This document shows positions 1 through 14,000 of a DNA stretch of 64,000 nt, one piece after another; position 1 is the stretch's first letter, and every line of letters begins with the position of its first letter. The translations under genes were made by a program, and so were the position numbers. This stretch comes from Tubiluchus corallicola. Lineage: Eukaryota; Animalia; Priapulida. The notes under the pieces are model-generated. The model ran no database searches, had not been told where the DNA came from, and saw only the letters and a list, made by a program, of their open reading frames with translations. The stretch is from contig JAQGDQ010000001.1 of assembly GCA_030141605.1 (NCBI GenBank), forward strand, positions 62,001 through 126,000. The letters run 5' to 3'.

Positions 1-264
1 CTTCAAATGCACTAGACTGACTGGCAGCATGTTGTTTGTAATTTATACTTGTGGGAAACTGAGGTTAAACGAACTTAAATTACATTCACTGATTAAAAGA
101 TAACCAAAAAGATAACCAATGTAGAGGTCATGTAATTGCTACTTTACATTTGAAATAAATTACATTAGGAGTTAATAAAAATGTACGCAATGGTAGTACG
201 AAACACGCTTAATAAGAAAAAAATATCTGGGTCCCGTGAAAATCGTATTACCGGGATTCGACTG
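1..264. mobile_element. Right end of a Tc1/mariner-pogo-type MITE (left end probably outside the window)
   Basis: Ends ...tcgtattaccgggattcgactg followed by TA (265-266). The reverse complement CAGTCGAATCCCGGTAATACGA resembles pogo/Tigger-type TIRs. Partner TIR not visible. Confidence 0.4.
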
Positions 265-690
265 TATTTAGCTTAACACAATGCAATACAATATAATATT
301 ATTTGTGGCTTCCATCTGCAGCAAGTAAGATACGAAACCTGAATACGAATACTTTATTACTATACGTTTTTACATATTAGTACTTAGATTCATAACCAAC
401 ATCATTATCATCACTATTCTGCCATTAGGGACTAGTGATTCTGTTATTTTCTGGTGAAAAATTTAGATGTAGCATTTCGCTTTTTGACAGTACATAGTGC
501 TATTCCAATTAAGTTTATAAAATTAAAATACAGGAGTAACAGGACCCATACTTTCTGACATTCTTTCATTAAATAAAAGGTTTAGTAGTGATATAATATC
601 ATTCATGTCTGCTTACATTAGGTAGGTTAATAATCACAAATGCAGTGAATGCATTGATGAGGCCAAAGTAGCTGTCGAATTAATAACAAC

Positions 691-3212
691 CTTTTCATTT
701 GTCTGTCTAACTTCTGCAAGTCTTCTGGCAAGGAATCACACAGCAAGATGTTTAAAACTTTTTCAACTTCAAAATTATAATGCTCCAGACACTTCTGAAA
801 TTAAAAAACGAAGAATACCTACAATTTTAAGGTTAAAATTTACATTTCCAATAAACATGATATAATTTGTCTTTTGACCACATAATGCATACATTAAAAA
901 GAAACATTTAAACAACAGCCTATTGAAAACATTAGCTATTATGCATGTTTTATGAAATACATTAGCGACTTTTAATAATTCTACATACAATAGTAACTTA
1001 TATATGTTACATATATTGACATATTATATTGTCAATTTTGCCAATAATCTTTTACTTAGATCTAAACAACTTTTAACATATAGTAACCATCATGTACAGT
1101 ACTAACGTTTATATCAAAACCATTTTCGTGTAGGATAATATTTTAACACTTACCACAATAAATCCTTCTCCAAAATCAGGTAAAATGTCTTTTACCTGGG
1201 TAACTAAACTTTCAAGTTCCACTGCTGATGGTACCACAGAAGCTGTTGCTCCAAGCTCACTGTGCAATAAACTATCCTGTAAGCAAACTTTGTAATTTAG
1301 GTGATTGGCACATAAAGGTATTTCTGAACTAAAATAAAAAGGAAATAAAAAATAAAAGAACATTTTTAAAATAGAAAAATATTCTAAAATGCATTTCTGC
1401 TCTAAACAGTTTTTCCTAGTTATTTTATTTTATTGAACTTCCTGTTAACAAATTATGGTACAATTAGCATCCTGTTTAATTATCTAGCATTTGCCTGGAA
1501 CTCAATATCCACCATTGTCAATTAACAACTAGCATTCCACCTTCATTGTAATATAAGCAAGCTCACGAGAGATTGGAACAATGTTGAACAACAACACTCT
1601 TTCGTAAACAACACGATAACAAATGTCTAATCAGCAGATAAACCGAATGTTTTTTGTAAACAAAAATTTGTAGAGCAGCAGTTATTTTTATGCGAAATTA
1701 AAACTTCAAGTACCCAATAAATGGCTTCACAATTTAAGCAGAAAAAGGAGCGACAGTTTCATTGAACTACAAAATGCATAGATGTGAGTGCCTTACTGGG
1801 TCATTATCATAAAGGAACTGAGCCAGTAAGCTTAGCTTTAAGACAACTGGCAACAAAAATATTTACTGAAGTCTCTCTTGCCGTTGAACAATTTGAACAT
1901 ATGAACTCATTATAACTTGGATATATTTGCAAGCCTTTATCCACTTTTTGTATCTTTCTAACAGTTTGTTATGCCATGGAAATGGAATGATTGTTCCATT
2001 CCACAAACGATCCTTATATCGACTGTCGGAGTTGCATACACCCCACTATTACATACTAGTGTCCTAACTACAATTATATAAACTTAATAAGGGAAAGAGA
2101 GAACTTTATAGGTTCTGACAAACTAATTTACTAATGCGAAGACATTTCGTACATACATTATTTTTTAGATAGATTAAATTTTCAAAAATTCTCTCAAATA
2201 ACACAAAAATCATTATGTCCAGCTGACGAACCTCAGCCGTAATAGTGCAATTTGGGTCCATTTCCTTCTCAGTTTGGTAATCCTCTTCATCTTCAGTATC
2301 ATGAGATCCATGTAAAGCATCTAGAATGTATTCAACTTGCACAGAACCGAGGAAGCATCCTGCCTGTTTCAATAGTTCCAAGTCCTCATTAAAAGGGTAC
2401 AAACTTTCATAATCCATGATAAAATTATGCTCTGACAAGCATTCGGATATCACTTGCAAAAACTCCTCAGCTAAAGCTACACTAGCTTGTGACCTGTAAT
2501 TGTGTAAGAAATCAGTAATGTGCATTTAAATATGTTAGCTGAGTTTAGTTATTACAAGCATGTTATCTAACACATGAAAATACTTTTCATTTTTCAATAA
2601 TAGTGAACATCAACTCTAATTTTTAAACAGCAGTTAACATAGAAAAACAAATGTTACTAAACTAACCTGTTTTCTAATATGGGATTCAAGCAGCTTGTGG
2701 AAACAATGTTACGAAACAGTTTAACGAAGCTCAGGCGCGAAAATGACAAGTGCTTTTTCAACTCTGTGACCAAACTATAAACAGAGAAACCTAGAAGTAA
2801 TTGAGTATTAGAAGTGATGTAAAAACTAACCCGGAAAGCAAAGCATTGGGTTACTCGCTTATTGAGTCTTTTCTGTCTTGATCTGCATTGACTGCAAAGT
2901 GTTAAGTACTACTATGATAAAGTGTTCTTGTACCAAATTTCAGCTTCCTAGCTACTTTATAACCTGGGCCCGATTCACTAAAGTTCTTACAAACAATTTA
3001 CTCCATAAGTTTATGAGTGCCAACTTTTTGGCGCTAAGCATGAATTTACTAAATCAGTCTTCGTAAAAATCTTATAAAATTTGTTTGTTAGTTTATGCAA
3101 GGATAATAGAAATTTTATACATACAGAACATATTTTTTGCAATAGATTAGAATTAAATCTTTCAAAAGAATGTGATAAACGAACTACAGTCCATGCAGCA
3201 GACTACAAGGAT

Positions 3213-3252
<40 letters not shown>

Positions 3253-6200
3253 ATGCACACTCTCCAACTCTCTCTCTCTCTCTCTGCCTGTCTGTTTATC
3301 TATCAATCCGTCTGTCTGTCTATCTATCCATGCATTTATATCTACTACTACTACCTGCCTACCTAACCTAGCTATCTGCCAACTGACTGGCCAATGGACC
3401 GGTTGACTGACCTGACTGCCTATCTATCTATCTGCCTACCAACCAACCTATCTACTAACCAGCTTACCTACCTACCTACTTACCTATCCACATACCTACC
3501 TACCTGAATATTTATTAATCTACATTTTTGTCTTGTTTTTGATTCTATTTTTAGTTTCATTGGCAATTTGAAATGAGAGCAGTTTCATAACATTCAGGAA
3601 AACAGAGCAAAATAAACTTGTCCTAAACTTAGTAACATGAGCCTAGAAATGTTTGCTTGCGGGCAAGTAAGAGAATGATACGTCTAGTACTAAATAACCT
3701 ACTACCTAATGTTTATAATGTGTTCACAGTATCTGAGACAGTATTTATGTCTGCACCTCTAATACTAAACTCTATTAAATGGTCCCCCAAAGTTAGTATA
3801 GGCTGGCAAAAGAGTCAAGAGAGTGTTACTTGTACTGTAGTGCTATAATTACGTATCAAAAGTGGAGCCGATAAAACCTCTTGTGCCCATGAAGATTTTG
3901 GCCTTGGCTAATTTTTAGCAGCATAAGTTTTTGTATTAACAAAATAGATAAGAACTTCGTTCGAAGTTTCTCTGATTACAACTTGCGAAAGTTCGTATGC
4001 ACTTCTTAAATATTTTCGCACAAAAGCTCTTATGAACTTTCTTACAAACATTTTAGTGAATCCCAGCTCTGAGCTACAGTCCTTTGTTAAAATTAATTTA
4101 TCTAAAAGCCAAGCCTGCTCTATTGGCCACACATGTACACAGGTATGTAAGTACATACTGTGTAGTACCTTCTGCTCGATCGCATTTATAAAATGTACGA
4201 GCTACAGTAGCATACTATGTTTCGGATGCCACTCTCCAGTCAGTTCCTTTAAGCCACTTAACAGTATTTCAGCAACAGTGCTTTACTGTGACATCACAAT
4301 ATTAAAAAGCATGTACACCACACGGCACCATCCACACCTGTTCATGTCACTGCAACTGTAACACAAAAACATTTTGCGCAATGTTGAAACTGCGTGAGAT
4401 GACACATGCTAATAAATCCATCCACTTATGGTCAATAATGTGCAAACATATCAACATAACCTTTACTTTCTGATCTGGTGATTATGGCAATAATGCACGA
4501 ACATTCTACATAGTCCTTTTTGTCATAGATTCAAATTTTTTTGAAAATTAGTACGTGGATAAAATAAACTAAAATTATAATTTTTGTTGGTGATAAAAAT
4601 GCAGTAATGTTTTCTCGCTGATAAATGTATTTAACTCAGTTAAAATGAGAAGTTGAAAATGATGACAACTACATTTGTGGTGAAGGTTTAAGAGCATGTT
4701 CACATAAACCAGGCAAACTAACTCGTAAGGATATAGGTAATTTTTTTAACACTTTCAAATGTGCACTAAGTCTGGCAGCCTGCAAGGTATCAGGATCTAA
4801 TGGTAAAGCCAACTTCAGGCAGATGATTGCAACAGGATTAAACACTGCTCATTATAAAGATAATTTTCTAAAATTAGATAATGAACTAACGGAGGTGCTT
4901 GCATCAAAGTTTAGATGCACACATGTGCTTTCTCAACTAAGGAAATAGCCAGGAATAATATACTGTAGTGCAGCTATAAGGAGAGGGGAGCAGTGTGCCT
5001 CAGGCAGCAGTTTTGGTTCAGTGACTGAAAGAATTGTTATTAAGCCGAGACAGTAGAAGAGCATAAAAAGCCCAACAATATAATTTTTCAATGAAAATGC
5101 TGCTTATTTCCGAATATAAAGGTTGTATAAAAGACAATATGAAATATGAAGATGGCATTTGTGATTACCACATATATTTAAGCATTTAGTTCTACTGTAA
5201 ATGTGTTTATTTAATAAAAAGAGAAACAATAAACGGGCTGCACAACTTCTAGTTATGTCATTGACCAGACAAAGCGCTGCTTAACTTTCCGTCTAAGTAC
5301 AGCCTGACCACCCAGATATACAGGTATTTTCACGTTTATTTATATTACAAAGCACAAGCTCTATTGATAGTGACACTAAAAATTGCCACGTGATTAATAA
5401 ACTCAATGTTTAAACAAGTTAAAGCTTTAGAAAAGAAATCACAGTGCCTAAAAATAATTTGCAGCTTACCTAGGATCTTTACTTTCATAGTTCTTGCATT
5501 CACTCAATAATGCCGTTAGAGTATTTTCCACAAAATTTGCGATTTTTAAAGGAAGCAGGTTCCAGAATGATTCAGCAGCTGGGGGAAATATTTCTGTCAA
5601 CCAAAATAATGTTGCACTGCTGTCGACTACATACATAACCAAGTCAGCAAGTGAAAGTGAACAGCTTTGATCAAATTTATCTACCTGATGAACTGCAGTT
5701 TGGTTCAATGCAGACACTTTTTGATGTATATTATCCAACACCTGAAAAGACAAAAAGTGAGTAAATCTCATTTATCATTGCAATTAAAGTACTGCTGCTT
5801 AATTAACGATTAAATTATGCTTCAAGCTGTATGTATCACAAAATACATAATAAAAGGAAAAATTGGAAAACCAGTTTTTCTGACTAATGAATATGAAAAT
5901 TGATTCAGTGAAATTTGACAAAAATGTAAAATGGTCTCGTATCCATAAAACCAGCTTTTGTAAAATAATGCATAGACATTTCAGTATGAGGTGCCATTAT
6001 AGCTTTTTACTGTTTAGAAATTTAACAAAAGGCACATAATGAACAAATAAATATTATCTTTGTGAGTTTAAACACACCTGTATTAATGTTGGGACAGCCG
6101 TGCAAAGATCGTCTAAGTATTTTGGCTGTTGTGTGAATATGTTAGTGATCATTTTGCGCAGTAACTCTTGATTGCCTTTGCCATACAAAACACATATATC

Positions 6201-9142
6201 CATAAGCTTTGGAATGTCAAATATAAACTTTTCGTATATGATCTCACCATACACTGTAGGTGTTATATAGGTATCCTGGAAAAAATGTCATTTTAACCAC
6301 ACATATAACTAAGAATATATACAATACAAAGATGAACTGATTCATCCCATCTAGTGTAAAGATTAAAGATATCACTAAGATAAATTTTGTCACTTTTTGC
6401 CAATATTAGTTATACTAATGAGAACCATACATTTTCAAAAAGTCACGAAGAAATCTTAGTTGCATCCTATTTGTGCCAAATGTTTTACATCATTAACTAA
6501 AGTCCTAAAATACACTTAAATTAATGCGACTGAAATAATCAACTGATTATTAGTAAGATGTTTTCCCGCGAGTGTACAGCACACAGATGACGTAATTACT
6601 GCTAGGTAATAGCAAATCTGTATTTATGTATATTTAGGTAGTGAAAGTTTCATTCCAGGGCCGTAACTTTATAGTTCAAAGCCCATGGCGCTATGATTCA
6701 TTAGGACCCCTACTAGCATTAGGAGCCTGTACCACACGGTCCTCGATTTTTGAAAACAGAGTCATTATATATTACAGTAATATAATTATACACAGTTATT
6801 TTTTGTCGTTTCGATAGCAGGATATATCGATAGCGATATATTATAATTAGTATAATACTACACAGTTTATTTGTTGTCATAGTAGACTTGTGTTTAAATA
6901 AATTTAGGAAACAATCACTTATCTTAACTTTTTTATTTTAAATTTAGTGATCAGGATCATAAACAAAACGTTTTATCATTGTATTCCGAGCAGTTCAGTT
7001 TGTTCAAACTGTAATAATCTGGGCAATTTAGGTAGATCTAATTCTCGCTGCTAATATTGGAATTGCATCAGAATATTCTTAGACTGGGGTTTTTTAACAT
7101 GATGGTAGTACATTGTTCGGTAATGCATGAACAACTGTCAAGAACTACCTAAATTGTATGGGCATAATCTGAATTAAAGTTTTTTGCAACTGGTCAACTA
7201 ATTCAAATTGAGTTAATATTAGAAGGAAAATTTTTTGTGCTTAGCTTGCAGCTTTTGAAATAATATTTGTTAATATCCTTTCCTTGGCCATTTCATTTCT
7301 AATAGATGTCATATCTAAATTATCAAGATAATCTTGGTGTAAATAGTTTTAGTTAACCTACAAATCTTTGAAAATTACATTTTTCATCATTTTATTATCA
7401 TTCCGAGAATAAAAAAAAATAAATAAAGCAACATTTGTTGCAGTTTGCACAGAAGTAGCCCTAGGCTTTGAAAATGGCACTCACTTCTTGCGATTTCAGC
7501 ATTAAAGTGTATTATTATCATAGCGAGAAAAGTGTGCCGATAGCAACCACCACCGCAAAGAAAAATGCAGGAAACTGTGCAGTCACAGATGCTTGGAGGC
7601 CCTCCCGATCTGCCAAGGGGCCGGCATGGTAGCTGTGGTCCTGTTCACGTCCTTAAGATGTAAACTTTCATAGTTTTGCATGCCAAAAAATAATAGCACT
7701 TTTTATGGCTGCAAAGAAGTCTTAATCTACTATGCTATCAAAAAGAAATTACTAAAATTTACACTGTATTGAGCAAGGGAATGCAATTATCAAAATTGCA
7801 CAGTTTGAACACTGTTAGAGAATTAGATGCGCATCAGTAAAAAATAATGTTATTCAAAGGAAACGAATCCCTCTTTTAACAGAAAACAACTTATGGGAAA
7901 ACAAAGTTAATTTACTCACCGCAGATTCTTTGTGAGTTGCTAATCGTAAATATGTCATGAAAACTTTTTTATGAATACTTTCCTCCAGCAAACTGACATT
8001 TTGGTTTGTTAAGCTCTGGTAGTGAGAATCATAGTACCTACAATAAAATAAAAAATAACAGCATAAAAACCTGTAAGCTGAGGAAACTTGGCAGTCGTTA
8101 CGGTGTTTATGCACTGAACAAAGCAATGCCAGTAAATAGGTGGGTGACAACTGAGAATATGTCTACAAATTTGATCATGCTCCACGGATATTCAGCAAAT
8201 TTTATGTCTTGCAAAATTGTATATAATAAGGTTCACTAGTTGAGGCAACAGTTGTTATTTTACCGTTTTTATTTAAAATGAAAACAATGTTGCACTCCGA
8301 ACTAGAAAAAATGCACAAAAATATCTGTAATTTTGGGACAACTGTCCAATGAAAATGTCCAATCACTGTTATTAAAACTAAAGGCTACGCTTAATAAAAA
8401 ACAAAACATAAGCATAAATAACCAAACTTCAAAATTAATATGATAACGTTTGGCTTGCATTATTGGTTGGTTAGTGAGTTCTCCATGCACCAACAAAATA
8501 ATTTCTTACGGAAGTAATCAAATAATGTCTTTGTTATTAAAACGAAAATTGTTTTTGCTGATATGCATTGCATTGTTTTTGCTAATATGCCATTAAGTGG
8601 CAACAATGTACTATGAAAAAATACCTGCCTTCGTGCATTTTGGAGGTAAGAAGTTAAACATTTGTGCACAGATCCTTCAAATACAGCTTGACACCAAAAC
8701 TCCTGATGAGACAAGTGCAGCAACCAATTCAAATCTTGCTCAATGTATGTAGTTCTTTGAACCCACTCCTCAATATTAGTTTGAACATTATCTCGAGGTG
8801 GAGGAACATAACTTATGAACTGCCTAGCTGGGCCAATGACAGTTGGCTGCTGCAAAAATTAAACAGCTATATACGCATTTATATGAATGAGATTATCCAA
8901 TTCACATAAAATATATTTAATAGTATTAAACAAGTATTAAAATTTCTAAATTTAATGTTATGAAAGGCAGACAACTTCTAAATCAGTTCTGATAAGCAAT
9001 AAGTGCAGTTCCACCGAGTAAAGGAAGTAAAAAATTTGCTTATCTTTATAGATATACTCACCGAATCATTCACCTTATGGTTGGTACAATGAGCAGCACT
9101 GTTCATTAAAATCTGATCCAATGGCAGATGATTTCCTTCCAT
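691..9142 (-). CDS. ASCC2: Activating signal cointegrator 1 complex subunit 2 (CUE-domain protein); 5' part, 3' exons lie left of the window
   Basis: Frame-compatible exons (minus): 9142-9062, 8849-8629 (probable GC donor), 8037-7920, 6275-6078, 5741-5470, 2774-2667, 2493-2232, 1276-1154, 794-691. Translation has ASCC2 signatures: LPLDQ, YVPPPRDN..DLNWLLHLSHQEFWCQ, FMTYLRLATHKES, FIFDIPKLMDICVLYGKGN..IFTQQPKY, and the CUE domain ESLVTQVKDILPDFGEGFIV|KCLEHYNFEVEKVLNILL. An acceptor AG just upstream of the ATG (9148-9150) implies an unseen 5' UTR exon. Confidence 0.93.
1863..2045 (-). pseudogene. Degenerate THAP-domain-like fragment (probable DNA-transposon relic) in an ASCC2 intron
   Basis: Minus-strand frame reads WGVCNSDSRYKDRLWNGTIIPFPWHNKLLERYKKWIKACK, matching the C-x-W-G-x-C..(F)PFP..W(I)KAC pattern of invertebrate THAP domains. 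No start codon and no C-terminal CxxHF. Confidence 0.5.
2967..4068. mobile_element. PIF/Harbinger-like MITE containing CT/CTAC microsatellites
   Basis: Imperfect TIRs GGCCCGATTCACTAAA ... TTTAGTGAATCCCAGCT, each flanked by CTG (possible 3-bp TSD). Confidence 0.5.
3215..3505. repeat. Compound microsatellite (CT)n / (CTGT)n / (CTAT)n / (CTAC)n
   Basis: Directly visible; explains the SLSLSL ORFs in the track. Confidence 0.9.
6656..7643. mobile_element. hAT-derived non-autonomous element
   Basis: Termini CAGGGCCGTAACT ... AGCTGTGGTCCTG are imperfect TIRs. Minus strand ~7240-7340 reads QDYLDNLDMTSIRNEMAKERILTNIISKAAS, resembling the extreme C-terminus of hAT transposases. TSD degenerate. Confidence 0.5.
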
Positions 9143-9769
9143 GTTATCTGTATAAAAACATTAATGTAATATCGCTACTAGTAAATACTGAAAATCATAG
9201 ACATGTCTTCACTGCTTTATTTATAGCTTAGTTTATCTAACATATATCCATTGTGCAGGATTGTAATTCCCCATAGCCACTAAGTCACATAAGTTTTCAA
9301 AGTGGTAATTGAAAAGTAATTATTAAAATACCCTATTTGTTGTATTGTCAACAACTAACAGAACAGCTCAACGACTGAAAGACTTGCAAAGTAACAGCAT
9401 AGATACCTAAATCATCCCATTTGCATAATGTAGCAGATGAACAGAATATTAGCAAAAGCTGGGTTATCAGTGAATCTGTACTCTACGTCTATGTTTAACA
9501 AGCGTATTTTTACCTTTACCTGATTCAAAGAAAATATCACTGAACAGAAACGTCCTGTCACTAGCAGATTAGCAATTGAAGATTAAAGGTTTTGAATACA
9601 GCCCGAAGAATTCTATTTCTTTGGACATGTATAATGTATTCATATTTTCACCTTTTTACTGTAGTACCATTTCAAAACATGTGAAACACATGCGTAAGCT
9701 GTAAATTGTAATATCAAAGTTTTTTTTAAATCATCAGGATTTGAAATATGCAAATTGCTGTTTCAGTAA

Positions 9770-12630
9770 GGTAATGCTGGATTGGGCATAATTTAAAGAA
9801 ACTAAGGAAAATAGCAGGAAATGGCAAAATCTACATTGCTCCAGACAAGAGAGAGAGGAGGATAAAGTACAAGGAAAGAAAGGGAAAACAGATAAAGCAA
9901 GGGTAAAAGCAACTTGAAAATTAAAAAAAAGGTCAAACAATTTTGCAGGAAGCAGAGGATGAATCTGGGAGTGTTGTTGGAAATAAGCGGAAAAGTAAAG
10001 TGACGACAAGGAGCCGAACTTGGAACAAACCAGCTCCAAAAAAACGGCAGTAACCTAGCAAAAAAAATGTAGATAGTGTAAATAGCATTGTTGATTGTTT
10101 TGGATCTACTAACACTCTAAATACTAGTTGGAGTGGAACTATTCAACACTTATGCGTGTTAAAATGTTTTTCTACTAATGCTTGCAGCATCGTAAATAAG
10201 ATGGATGAGATGGAGTGTTATGTAAAATGGTATAATCTAGACGTAATTATGATCACAGAAACTTGGGAACACGATTCAACTGAAGACGTTACCTCAATGT
10301 TAAATGATTATTCATTGTTCAGGACAGATAAGAGTGAAAGGCGTAGCAGTGGATGTATGATGTATTTTAAGAAAAAAATGCTGGTTACACTTGATGAGAA
10401 ATTAACAGCAACTGCTAATACTGAATCTGTTTGGTGCAATGTAAGAGCGAACTGCAGTAATATTTTGTTAGGTACTTGCTATTTTTGTCCACCCACGGCC
10501 ATGTCATGAACATGAAGCCGCTTTACATTCACTAATAAGAGAAGTGGTGAGAAATTTATTTGTGGTGATTTTAATCATAGAACAATTGACTGGAATACAC
10601 TGTATGCTGACGGTGAAGGTGAAGCTTTTGTTGATTTAGTGCAAGACTGTTTCTTAATCCAATTTGTTGACAGGCCTACTTGAGGGGAGAATGTATTAGA
10701 TCCAGTATTATCATCTAATGAAGCACTAGTGGGGAACAAAAGTAAAGGAACCGCTTGGTGCAAGTGACCACAAGATATACTGACATTTGATGTGTTAGTA
10801 CAAGTCTAGTTAAAAATTTGGAAAACTTAGTATCTAGAACTTTCATTATACTAGAATGCAGAAATTTTTAGCTGACTGTGAATGGAATCTGACACTGGTA
10901 GATATGGATGTGGAAGATCAATGGAAGGGTGTGAAATCTGAAATTAATTCAGCCATTAGTAAGTTTACACCTAGTAAAAGCACAGAGAAGAGGAAGTCTA
11001 CTACAGTAGGTGCCGCTTAATAGACTCACTTTAGGACGGAAGTGTTTTGACCAATTTAACCGACTGAACCTATTAACTGATCAGTGTAATATTACTGGTA
11101 TAGAAGTATGAGTCACCAGCTTACTATGCACTGCAAAGGTTTTTAATGAATTTTAGAAACAACGTAATGCCTAAATTGCTTTGTGCAGTTAAAAATGAAT
11201 AAAATATATTTTAAAATATTAATTTATATAAGTGAATTAGCAATAAATTAAAAAGTTTTCTAAATCACACAAGTCTGCTTATTTGCAAAAATTATGAAAA
11301 GTCGGCTGCTTCATTTCATCACGAAGAAGTTGGCTCACAAAATTCTCATAATGATAAAAACGTTGAAAATCTGTTGCATGATGCACAAATTCTTGTAAAA
11401 TACTTAGTGCCTGGCGTGCTTAAACTGTTGGTGGTGCCCGTGTTTCCGTGTAAGTGTAGCATCTGTTGTTTCACCCAAGCTCCCGCTTGCTATTATGACG
11501 CACTCACTGTACTGTACCTGCGTCCTTGGCATAACAGCAACATTTAGCTGATTAAACTTTCTAGCAAAGAAAGCCAGAGTTTCAAAAGCAAATGGCTAAG
11601 CAAGTGATTAAATGTTTAGCTTCCAGGAATTCTTGGGTAACGAGGTTAATTGCAGTGGACGGGCGGGTCAAAGCAAACCATTAGGCGAGCACATTAGCGT
11701 ATGATAAACATTCCTGCTTACAAACAAAAGCATGATTGTTTCTACGTATATTATAGGACAAAAGCCAACTAAGATGATATAAAAGTCATAAAAGCTAATT
11801 AGTCACACGAAAGTGTCTTATTGAAGCATGTGAAAAAAAAATATTGAATCAATTATGCAGAGTTATTTGAGTCAATTACCCACAGTTTTTATGTACAGTA
11901 ATATACCAGGCATTTTTTGAGTCAATTAAGCGATTGAGTCTATTAACCGTGAGTCTATTAAACGGCGTCTACTGTATTTGGTACAACTGGCATGTAGACA
12001 AAGCAAGAAAGTCTAAAGTCAATCATAGCAAAGGAAAAGTTGAGTAAACTGCAAAAGGCTTTTAAGAAATACAGAAGGCATACAAATGAAAGAAGATAAC
12101 CTGAGAAGGTTCATTTTCATTTTAACAATATGCATTATGATTACTTTATGGGAAGACATGAGATTGGAGAGTACTACCGAGGTCAAATATTTGGAAATGT
12201 TAATAAAGTCGAGCAGTCAATGTGCGGAAGCAGCTATGAAGGCTAACAGAATGTTGGGCATGATAAAAAGGTCTTTTATTAACAGAGGCAAAGATGTAAT
12301 TGTAAAACTGTACAATTTTGTTAAACCAAACTTGGATTGCTGCATGCAGGCATGGAGACCCTATGGTGGAAGATATTAGGTTGCTGGAAGGTGTACAAAA
12401 GAGAGCTATAAACTTGATTGAGTGTTCTAGCTTTTGCAGAGTTAACATATGAACAGAAACTGAAAAGATGCAGATTAATGACCCTCAGCTGAGAGGGAAG
12501 CTGACTGAAGTTTTTGGAATTGTGAATGAACTTGAGGGTCTGGAATGTAATGACTTTGTTGTTGTCAGTGATGACAGTAGAACAAGAGGTCACTCCAAAA
12601 AATTAGCAAAGAGAACGTCTACTGCTGATG
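9770..12630 (+). mobile_element. Decayed CR1-type LINE (ORF1 tail, APE endonuclease, RT C-terminal part; RT core missing)
   Basis: LKCFSTNACSIVNKMDE..LDVIMITETW..YSLFRTD (APE endonuclease), GDFNHRTIDW, then KYL..SSQCAEAAMKANRMLGMIKRSF..VKPNLDCCMQAWRPY and RTRGHSKKL. Many stops and frameshifts. Confidence 0.88.
11004..11974. mobile_element. Tc1/mariner-pogo-type MITE inserted into the CR1 LINE
   Basis: TIRs CAGTAGGTGCCGCTTAATAGACTCAC ... GTGAGTCTATTAAACGGCGTCTACTG, with TA on both sides (11002-11003, 11975-11976). Confidence 0.85.
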
Positions 12631-13189
12631 TTAGATTTTTGTGTGATCTACTTATCTATAATTGTATTCTGCTCTTTACTATTTTATTGGATAAGTTTTT
12701 TGTTGAACTCAGTGACGAGCCTTTCCCAGAATTTAAGGTTCCTAAGGTGGGTAACTAGTTCTGGCCTCTTACCATTGACTGCCATTTTGACTTTTGTTTT
12801 GCAGACTTAAATTACTTGTAGAATATCGACCAGGTAATTACTTTGTAGTGTTAGAAACATTGTTGTACTGGGAGTTAATGTTGATACGAGTAGTAACAAG
12901 CATAATTCCAGTACTGAGAGCAGTAAGCCTTCTCACAGTCGTAGCAATAGAAGTAGTAGTTCTCTGGCAATGTAACAACCTGTCTAGCTAATCCAAAAAA
13001 TAATAATCATCATGATGTTGATGCTGTCTAAAAAAAGCCTTGGTGAGGAAAAAGGTCCTATCAAAAGCCTGCCTGCAAAAAGGAACAAATAACAAAGTCA
13101 GCCATGCAGCCTTCTGTTTCTCTGATTAGCAAACATTGTCAGCTGTCTGCTAGTGATGAAATGATAAATAATAAATCAACTACTGATGA

Positions 13190-14000
13190 CTATGATAGTT
13201 GTTGTGAAGTATATCGTTGCGTAATTTTCAGTAGTACCTGTGCCATGCAATCTGATTGATATCATCTTTGGTTTTGTACTTCTTGCCTTAATAAGGATGA
13301 TGCCACTTATCATGCCCACTGTACTCTAGACATGTCAAGGTCTTGGCTCTGTTCTGAGTGCCATCCCAAAGACCTCAAAGCTATTGCTACTGATAAGACC
13401 TTTGATGACAAAATGCAGGAGCTGTATAAAATGATCGATATTAAGTTTGAAGCTTTGAAATCTGATATCTCATCCAAAGCTTCTGCTGGTGAGGCTGCTG
13501 TTTTGAGTGCCAAAGTTGATCATCTACCCACAAATGTAGAAAAGAATGTCTTCATTGCAAAAAGGTCTTGTACCTATAGCAGAGAAGATTGAATCTCTGG
13601 TAAATGAGCCCAATGAGAAGCAAAGACTATCTAAGAATATTATTTTAAAGTGTGTACACAAATCCTCACCTGTTGACCCTTCTATTGCTGTCACAGACGA
13701 CAAAGCCAGACGTTTGCAAGTTCTGAATATGCTTGATTGTTCTACTGAACCTGTTGTAGTTAGACGCCTTGGGGCTAGAAAACCAGAAGTGATCCGACCC
13801 TTCTTCTTAGGATTTAACTCAGAATCTACAGTGTCTTAGCTGCTACAGAACAAGCAACATGTTCAACATGTTTCAAAAAGAAACAAGCAACAAGCAAAGA
13901 TGTTGGTTCCTGGTACAATGAAGTCTTGATTGGATGGCCAGAGAGTAAGTAAAAGCAGCTGCAGCTAGAAGTCTCCAAAATGCAATAATTTTGCAAATTG
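13190..14000 (+). mobile_element. Decayed LINE ORF1 (PHD finger, coiled coil, CR1/L2-type C-terminal domain)
   Basis: HLWFCTSCL..WLCSEC (PHD-like), then RLSKNIILK..VRRLGARKPEVIRPFFLGF, typical of CR1/L2 ORF1 proteins. Confidence 0.7.

Noticed and set aside
3081-3406. Three overlapping ORFs rich in SL repeats
   Set aside because: Translations of a (CT)n microsatellite.
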